In this document: piece by piece, positions 57,973 to 64,000 of the stretch
Layout of the letters: the number at the start of each line of letters is the position of its first letter
Numbering within the stretch: position 1 is the stretch's first letter
Assembly (NCBI GenBank): GCA_017440585.1
Contig: JAFSGW010000017.1
Span: 17,401 to 81,400 of the forward strand
Direction: 5' to 3'
DNA: 64,000 nucleotides
From: Clostridia bacterium
GTDB taxonomy: Bacteria; Bacillota; Clostridia; UMGS1883
Notes under the pieces: generated by a model
Seen by the model: only the letters and a program-made list of their open reading frames with translations
The model's database searches: none
What the model was told of the DNA's origin: nothing
Made by a program: the position numbers and the translations under genes

Positions 57973-58332
57973 ATGCCTAAAACAATAACAGAATCCGAAT
58001 ATGAGATTATGAAGGTCTTGTGGGAAAACAGCGGTGCCATGGGGCTTGGAGAAATAATGAGCACACTGGGCGATAAATGGGCACGTAATACCGTTGGTAC
58101 ACTTCTTGTACGTCTTGCTGAAAAAGGCGTTATAGGCGTTAAAAAGCAGGGTAAAACCAATTTGTATTGTGCAATCTTAAATGAGAAGGATTACAGCATA
58201 AGTGAAACAAAGAGCTTTTTGTCGAAGCTTTATAAGGGCTCCGTTGGAAACCTGGTTGCATCTTTGTTTGAAAGCAAAGAGCTTTCCGAAGCTGAAATAG
58301 AAAGCCTCAGAAAAATTATTAACGGTGACTGA
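57973..58332 (+). CDS. BlaI/MecI/CopY family transcriptional repressor
   Basis: TESEYEIMKVLWENSGAMGLGEIMSTL winged-helix; AAAGGAG RBS. Confidence 0.85.
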   Translation: MPKTITESEYEIMKVLWENSGAMGLGEIMSTLGDKWARNTVGTLLVRLAEKGVIGVKKQGKTNLYCAILNEKDYSISETKSFLSKLYKGSVGNLVASLFESKELSEAEIESLRKIINGD

Positions 58333-58334
58333 CT

Positions 58335-59135
58335 ATGAAAACATTGTTATTTTTAAACATTCAGGGAAGTGTGCTTGTAATATTGCTTCTTTTGCTGAAA
58401 AAAATAATTCACCGTTCTTTTTCGGGCAAGGCACAAAGAGCAATGTGGGCTTTTGCAGCGGTTATGTTTTTACTGCCCATATGGAAGCTGGTGCCTGCGG
58501 AGAAGGCTGTACCAATAATCATACCCTATTATGATGACAGCTTAATTTATGAAGCTGTGGCAGACATAAGCGAAAATGATGACAGAGATTTTAACACAGA
58601 GGAATTTTCTCCCATAAAGATATATGATATCGTGCCTTTAATATGGGGGTCGGGAGCAGCTTTGTTTATGCTTCTGAGCATCTCAAGCTATATGGTGTTT
58701 CTGTTTAAAAAGAGAAGAGCAAGCAATAGTGTTACCGATGAGGTTCTTGAAAATATACTGCCCGAAACAGATATAAAACGGAAAATAAGGCTCAGAGAGT
58801 GCACTGATAATGACTCGCCTATGCTGACGGGAGTGTTTTTCCCTGTTGTGTACATACCAAAGAATGAGCTTAACGAGGCGGAGAGAGGGTATATATACCG
58901 TCATGAGCTTATGCATTTTCTGCATAAGGATTTGCTGTTGAAATGGTTTGTATGCTTTATCAATGCCATACATTGGTTCAATCCTTTTATGTATATTGTT
59001 ATGAGAAATATTAATGAAGCCTGCGAAATTTACTGCGACGAAGAAGTTACAAAAGATATGGATATTGAGAGCAAACGAGGGTACATGAATACAATATTGA
59101 ATTTAGTAGGGAAGAAAGGAGAAAACTATGTTTAA
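58335..59135 (+). CDS. M56 (BlaR1-type) zinc metalloprotease domain protein without sensor domain
   Basis: 4 TM helices, HELMH zinc motif in RHELMHFLHKD; 266 aa; 2 nt after the BlaI stop. Confidence 0.75.
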   Translation: MKTLLFLNIQGSVLVILLLLLKKIIHRSFSGKAQRAMWAFAAVMFLLPIWKLVPAEKAVPIIIPYYDDSLIYEAVADISENDDRDFNTEEFSPIKIYDIVPLIWGSGAALFMLLSISSYMVFLFKKRRASNSVTDEVLENILPETDIKRKIRLRECTDNDSPMLTGVFFPVVYIPKNELNEAERGYIYRHELMHFLHKDLLLKWFVCFINAIHWFNPFMYIVMRNINEACEIYCDEEVTKDMDIESKRGYMNTILNLVGKKGENYV

Positions 59136-60402
59136 AAGCATTTACACAACACGTATGAGCGGAAGCAGCAGGGTTCTTGCGAAGAGATTTGAAAAAATTT
59201 CAGGTCAGCCGGGCAGGTTTAAAAGCCTGAAGGCTGTAATATGCAGTGTTCTGGTTATATCTGTTTTCGCCCTTGGAACTATCGTTATGGCTGATATTGA
59301 CAAAGAGGAGGAATATACGCTTCTTATCACAAATAATCGCTTGGCTGTACTTCTTGAAAATACACCCTTTGTTGAAAACGGAGAAGTATATGTTCCCCTT
59401 CGTGAGCTTTTTACAAAGCTTGGGTTTATGAATCATATTGATGCAAAAATGGAATGGAATGACGGAACAGTACTGATTTATCTTGTTGAAGAAAACCTTA
59501 ACGAGGACAGAGGCAGTGCACATACAAGCTATATGTATAAAATTGAAATTGGCAAAAGCGAGCTTTTGATGAACCCTGATGAATTAGTCAGTATGGAAGG
59601 AAGCTATGAATTTACAGAGCCGATGAATTTGCCTCCCGTACTGAAAGGAAATGTAACATACATACCGTTTGCATATGCACAAAGAATGGTTGAGAGAGCC
59701 GACAACGGAATACAGTCACCTCCTGACAGATACGATCTGGAATTCGTATATTCGGGAGAGGTGCTTGAGATTGGTTATCCTTTTGACATGGAATATCCCG
59801 TGACAAGTATGTTTGGCGAAAGAATACATCCTATAACGGGAGAAAAGAGATTGCATAGCGGAACGGATTTTGGTGTAGATGTGGGAACAAGCGTCAGAGC
59901 CGGTATTGACGGAATGGTTACGGACGAAGGTTTTGATGAAAACAACGGATATTATGTTGTTGTGAAAAATGATATCGGAGTGGAGATTTTATATGCTCAC
60001 CTGAGCACTATTGCAAGGCATGGTGCATACGAGGTTAAAAAGGGCGATATTATAGGGGCGAGCGGAAACAGTGGTAAATCTACAGGACCGCATTTGCATA
60101 TGGAGGTTAAAATTAACGGAAAGTATGTTAACCCTGAGCTGTATTTTGAGGATGTTGTTTATGTAGCAGGTTTTCTGAATGAGGTTTCGGATCAATTACC
60201 GAGAGTATTACATATATGCGGCTATCCGGATGCGGAATATGAAATTAAAGGATGCAGTATTGAAAATGACAATGCACATATCGAAATTGAACTTTTAAAT
60301 TACGAAAACGATGTCATTACTATTCAGTATTACAAAAATGCCGGTGGACAGTGGTGGCTTGGGGCAGGCTTTAATAAGCAGGGGTTAATATTCATAACAT
60401 AA
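59128..60402 (+). CDS. Membrane-anchored M23 family peptidase with Cu-amine-oxidase-N1-like stalk domain
   Basis: N-terminal tail plus TM; ENGEVYVPLRELFTKLG; M23 motifs HSGTDFG, LYAHLS, GPHLHMEV; start overlaps the M56 stop. Confidence 0.75.
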   Translation: MFKSIYTTRMSGSSRVLAKRFEKISGQPGRFKSLKAVICSVLVISVFALGTIVMADIDKEEEYTLLITNNRLAVLLENTPFVENGEVYVPLRELFTKLGFMNHIDAKMEWNDGTVLIYLVEENLNEDRGSAHTSYMYKIEIGKSELLMNPDELVSMEGSYEFTEPMNLPPVLKGNVTYIPFAYAQRMVERADNGIQSPPDRYDLEFVYSGEVLEIGYPFDMEYPVTSMFGERIHPITGEKRLHSGTDFGVDVGTSVRAGIDGMVTDEGFDENNGYYVVVKNDIGVEILYAHLSTIARHGAYEVKKGDIIGASGNSGKSTGPHLHMEVKINGKYVNPELYFEDVVYVAGFLNEVSDQLPRVLHICGYPDAEYEIKGCSIENDNAHIEIELLNYENDVITIQYYKNAGGQWWLGAGFNKQGLIFIT

Positions 60403-60436
60403 AAAAGATGCAGGAAGAATTTCCTGCATCTTTTTG
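60403..60436. terminator. Bidirectional terminator
   Basis: AGATGCAGGAA / TTCCTGCATCT stem flanked by A/T runs between convergent genes. Confidence 0.8.
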
Positions 60437-60437
60437 G

Positions 60438-62402
60438 TTAGTTTGAGAATTTAATCTGATTCCAGAGTGACTGGATGTAATTGTTTGTTTCCTCGGGAAG
60501 TGCAATGTAAAGCTCTGTTTTTTCGTTTAAGAATTCATCAGAGGGGTAACGGCGTTCGTCGTTCTTCACCTCGTCATCAAGAAGCTCAAACACTTCCTTA
60601 TGGGGAGTGGAGTAGCCGATGTATTCACAGTTTGCAAGAGCAATTTCTGTTTCGCAAAGGAAGTTGATATACATTTCAGCTGCTTCCTTATTCTTCGCAC
60701 CGGTGGGAATACAAGCCGCATCCACAAACCTATTGGTGCCCTCCTTGGGAATGTAATAGTCAAGGTCGGGATTGGACTCAAGCATGGAAACCGCATCACC
60801 AACGTAATAGGGTGCTACAGCGGCGTTACCGCCTTCCATTTTGTCAAACACTTCGTCCATTACATATGCCTGAACAAGGTCTGATGAATACTGCTCGTAG
60901 AGCTTTTCAAAGGTTTTGTCAATCTCATTTTTATCTGTTGTGTTCAGAGAATAACCCATGTAGCACTGTGCTGCCGCAAAGGCATCACGGGGGTTGTTGA
61001 ACATAAGAATGTTGCCCTTTTGTGCTTCATCCCAGAGAGCACCCCAGCTGTCGGGAGCCTTGTCATACATGGTTTTGTTGTAGATAATGCAAACCATACC
61101 CCAGGTGTAGGGAACTGTGTACTCATTGGTTGGGTCATAGGAAAGGTTTTTGAAGGTATCCATTATCTTTGTGTCAAAGTTGGGAATGTTTTCATAATCC
61201 AGCTTCTGAATCATGCCTTCGTTTATGAACCTTGAAATCATATAGTCAGAAGGGATAACAATGTCATAATTAGCACCACCGCTCTTTAATTTAGCGTAGA
61301 GCTCTTCATTGTTGGTATAGGTTGTGTAATTAACCTTAATGCCCGTTAAAGCCTCAAACTGCTCATTAACGTTTATCATATCCGCTTCATCTATACAGAG
61401 GTATTCGCCCCAGTTTGCAACGTTAATTGTCAGTTTATCGTTTGCAAAACGCGTATAGTCATAATTTGAAAGCATGCGCATGTCCATTTCAAGCTTGGGA
61501 CCCATATTGAGCACAATGCCAACTGTAACACCAACAGAAGAAACGAGGAGGACAAGAGCTGTTATAAGGGCAATTGTCTTCTTTCTTGAACGAAGACCTT
61601 CTTTTTCCTTCTGTTCAACCCTGAGCTTTCTGTTGTCAATAAAGTTCTTTACAACGAGAACTATAAGTATTGTAACAAAAATGAGGGTGGAAAGTGCATT
61701 GATACTGGGGTCCATGTTACGTCTTGTCATGGAGTTGATTACAATGGGAAGTGTGAGTACGCCTTCACCTGAGTTGAAGTAGCTGACAACAAAGTCGTCA
61801 AGAGAGTAGGTGAGAGCCATTATAAAGCCTGAAAATACGCCGGGCAATATTTCGGGTATAACAACTTTAAAGAATGCCTGACGGGAATTACAGCCTAAAT
61901 CATATGCCGCTTCGAGCAAATTGGGGTTCATCTGCCTTAATTTGGGCAGAACCTGAAAGATTACATAGGGAACACAGAATGCAATATGTGCAAGAACAAG
62001 TGTGATGTAACCAAATTCAAGCGGGGTATAGCGCATGAACACCTTGAAAAGAAGCATTAAGGATACACCCATGATAATTTCGGGGTTTACAATGGGGATA
62101 TAGGTAATGTTCATTACAAGGGAACGTGTTTTTTTGTTAAGGTTATTGATGCCTATTGCAGCTGTTGTACCCAAAGCTGTGGAAATAACAGAAGAAACAA
62201 TTGCCACAAGAAGGGTATTGAACAGAGCGAGCATTGTGGTGCGATCAGAAAACAGTGCAACGTACCATCTTAAGGAGAAACCGCCCCATGCAACACGTGA
62301 ATCCTTCGCATTGAAGGAGAAAATTACAAGTGTAAGGATGGGCAGGTATAGAAAGAGCACCAGAAGCACCATATAAAGTTTTGAGGTCAAGGACTTTTTC
62401 AT
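60438..62402 (-). CDS. Spermidine/putrescine ABC transporter permease PotC fused in-frame to periplasmic binding protein PotD
   Basis: N-terminal 6-TM permease with EAA-like loop, then a TM resembling a PotD signal peptide (KKTIALITALVLLVSSVGVTVG), then PotD-like SBP domain. Confidence 0.75.
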   Translation of the reverse strand: MKKSLTSKLYMVLLVLFLYLPILTLVIFSFNAKDSRVAWGGFSLRWYVALFSDRTTMLALFNTLLVAIVSSVISTALGTTAAIGINNLNKKTRSLVMNITYIPIVNPEIIMGVSLMLLFKVFMRYTPLEFGYITLVLAHIAFCVPYVIFQVLPKLRQMNPNLLEAAYDLGCNSRQAFFKVVIPEILPGVFSGFIMALTYSLDDFVVSYFNSGEGVLTLPIVINSMTRRNMDPSINALSTLIFVTILIVLVVKNFIDNRKLRVEQKEKEGLRSRKKTIALITALVLLVSSVGVTVGIVLNMGPKLEMDMRMLSNYDYTRFANDKLTINVANWGEYLCIDEADMINVNEQFEALTGIKVNYTTYTNNEELYAKLKSGGANYDIVIPSDYMISRFINEGMIQKLDYENIPNFDTKIMDTFKNLSYDPTNEYTVPYTWGMVCIIYNKTMYDKAPDSWGALWDEAQKGNILMFNNPRDAFAAAQCYMGYSLNTTDKNEIDKTFEKLYEQYSSDLVQAYVMDEVFDKMEGGNAAVAPYYVGDAVSMLESNPDLDYYIPKEGTNRFVDAACIPTGAKNKEAAEMYINFLCETEIALANCEYIGYSTPHKEVFELLDDEVKNDERRYPSDEFLNEKTELYIALPEETNNYIQSLWNQIKFSN

Positions 62403-63205
62403 ACTACGGCATCCTCCCCTCCGAACTGGTTAAAGATGCCTATAATAACAAGCACGATAACCATAAGAACCAGGCTGAGGGCAGAGCCTACGTACGGGTC
62501 ATAGTTCAAGCCTAAAAATTCCTGCTCAATAAGGTCACCGATAAGACCGATGGTGGAGCCTGAGAGCATACGGGATATAATGAATGTTGAAACAGAGGGC
62601 ACAAATACCATTGTAATACCCGTTGAAATACCGGGAATTGCAAGGGGTATGATAACCTTTCGTACAACATTTGAATCAGAACAGCCTAAATCCTGTGCCG
62701 CTTCGATTACACTCTTGTCAATTTTTGTCATGATGGAGTATAAGGGCAGTATCATAAAGGGAAGATTGTTATAAATCATACCCAGTATAACTGCGGCAGA
62801 GGTGTTGAGCATTTTTAAGGGCTTTAAACCAAAGAATATAAGTATCTGGTTGATAAAACCGTTTGTATCGAGAATGTTCATCCAGGCATAGGTTCTTAAG
62901 ATAAAGTTAATCCACATAGGAAGCATAAGAAGCATAAGTGCTGTGGACTGCTTTTCCTCGGGAAGACGGGAAATTATGTATGCCGCAGGAAAGCCGAGGA
63001 AGAGGCATACAACCGTTGTGATAACAGCGTAGGTAACCGAACGCCAGAGCGTGGGAAGGTATTTTGAAATTTCCATCAGGTTGGAAACTGTAAAGGAGCC
63101 TGTTTCTTCATCGGTAAAGGCAAAGATACCAACCAGAATCAAAGGCACAACAGTGAAAATAACCATCCACGCGTAATAGGGAAGCGCAATAGCTTTTGAT
63201 TTCAT
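62399..63205 (-). CDS. potB: Spermidine/putrescine ABC transporter permease PotB
   Basis: 6 TM helices, EAA motif region AAQDLGCS; 4-nt overlap with the downstream gene. Confidence 0.85.
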   Translation of the reverse strand: MKSKAIALPYYAWMVIFTVVPLILVGIFAFTDEETGSFTVSNLMEISKYLPTLWRSVTYAVITTVVCLFLGFPAAYIISRLPEEKQSTALMLLMLPMWINFILRTYAWMNILDTNGFINQILIFFGLKPLKMLNTSAAVILGMIYNNLPFMILPLYSIMTKIDKSVIEAAQDLGCSDSNVVRKVIIPLAIPGISTGITMVFVPSVSTFIISRMLSGSTIGLIGDLIEQEFLGLNYDPYVGSALSLVLMVIVLVIIGIFNQFGGEDAVV

Positions 63206-63248
63206 TTCTTAACCTCTTTTCCGTTTAATATTCTGTGTACGGAAAAAG

Positions 63249-64000
63249 CTATTCGCGTAATTTGTGCATGATGTGAATATCGTTGGGCTGAAGTGTCATG
63301 CCTATTCTTGCACCTATGGGCTGACTCTTCGTGGAATGTATTTTCCAGAGGAAGTTATCTGTTTCAACAAGGATTTCGAAGTGCACACCCTTGAAAATAA
63401 CATCCTTTACAACACCAACAATTGCTTCCTTGCAGGGAGCAACAACCTTGATATCCTCGGGGCGGATAACAACATCAACAAGCTTGTCTGTGCCGAAGCC
63501 TGCATCCTCGCATTCAAAAACAACGCCACCGATTTCAACAAAGTAGTCTGCATGCATAATGCCGTCAATAATGTTGCTTTCGCCGATAAAGTCGGCAACA
63601 AAGGCATTGACGGGTTCATTATATATGTCCTCAGGAGTGCCTATCTGCTGAATTTCACCATGGTTCATTACAACAACGGTGTCACTCATTGTAAGGGCTT
63701 CCTCCTGGTCATGTGTTACGTAAATAAATGTAATGCCAAGTCTCTTATGAATCTTTTTAAGCTCAATCTGCATTTCCTTACGAAGCTTTAAGTCAAGAGC
63801 ACCTAAGGGCTCGTCCAGTAAAAGCACGCGGGGCTTGTTTACAAGGGCACGTGCAATACCCACTCTCTGCTGCTGACCGCCTGAGAGGGAGTTGATGGAA
63901 CGACGCTCGTAGCCCGAAAGGTTCACAAGACGAAGCATTTCCGTTACATTTTCTTTGATTTCAGATTCACTCATTTTCTTTAATCTTAAACCAAAGGCTA
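63249..64000 (-). CDS. potA: Spermidine/putrescine ABC transporter ATP-binding protein PotA, 5'-partial (N-terminus beyond window)
   Basis: [15 protein letters not shown] signature, Walker [13 protein letters not shown]-terminal TOBE domain; the reading frame stays open upstream of the listed Met to the window edge. Confidence 0.85.
   Translation of the reverse strand, partial: AFGLRLKKMSESEIKENVTEMLRLVNLSGYERRSINSLSGGQQQRVGIARALVNKPRVLLLDEPLGALDLKLRKEMQIELKKIHKRLGITFIYVTHDQEEALTMSDTVVVMNHGEIQQIGTPEDIYNEPVNAFVADFIGESNIIDGIMHADYFVEIGGVVFECEDAGFGTDKLVDVVIRPEDIKVVAPCKEAIVGVVKDVIFKGVHFEILVETDNFLWKIHSTKSQPIGARIGMTLQPNDIHIMHKLRE

Noticed and set aside
1-64000. Search for CRISPR arrays, IS elements/transposases, phage integrases and tRNA/rRNA genes
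   Set aside because: No direct-repeat/spacer arrays, no transposase or phage-like ORFs (the only recombinase is the chromosomal xerD), and no tRNA-like or rRNA-like segments were seen.

Overview
This 64 kb window looks like chromosomal DNA from a low-GC Gram-positive spore-forming anaerobe, most likely Clostridia (Ruminococcaceae or Lachnospiraceae) judging by codon usage and sporulation genes (spoVA-like, cwlD/pdaA, spoIIM). Most genes are on the + strand with strong GGAGG-type ribosome-binding sites and clear hairpin terminators. The housekeeping content includes ldh, zapA, glmM, an Rrf2-cysK-nifS-nifU-nadA Fe-S/cysteine operon, ruvX, mreB-like, aspartate aminotransferase, proC, xerD, dinB, a pur operon (purE-M-N, split purH, purD) and potABCD on the minus strand at the right edge. 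Accessory content is concentrated in a CAZyme island at 10.4-23.2 kb under an AraC regulator (secreted beta-helix protein, GH95, GH43-CBM42, LamG-lectin protein, sharing discoidin-like modules) plus a GH51 at 54 kb. I found no CRISPR array, IS element, prophage, rRNA or tRNA. The most unusual items are listed below.

- A tandem pair of COG0523 metallochaperones whose first member carries a triplicated His/Cys module.
- A standalone S24-peptidase-like gene wedged between araC and a GH43, with its Shine-Dalgarno inside a terminator hairpin.
- An operon of a 2-TM membrane protein, a sirtuin and an unknown protein.
- A BlaI, sensorless M56 and M23 peptidase module.
- An in-frame potC-potD fusion.
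- An orphan 851-aa cytoplasmic protein with an atypical SDR and a MATE pump.
- A tandem-OB SSB-like protein.
- A 260-nt possibly structured intergenic region.

Coordinates of small regulatory motifs are read by eye and may be off by 1-2 nt.
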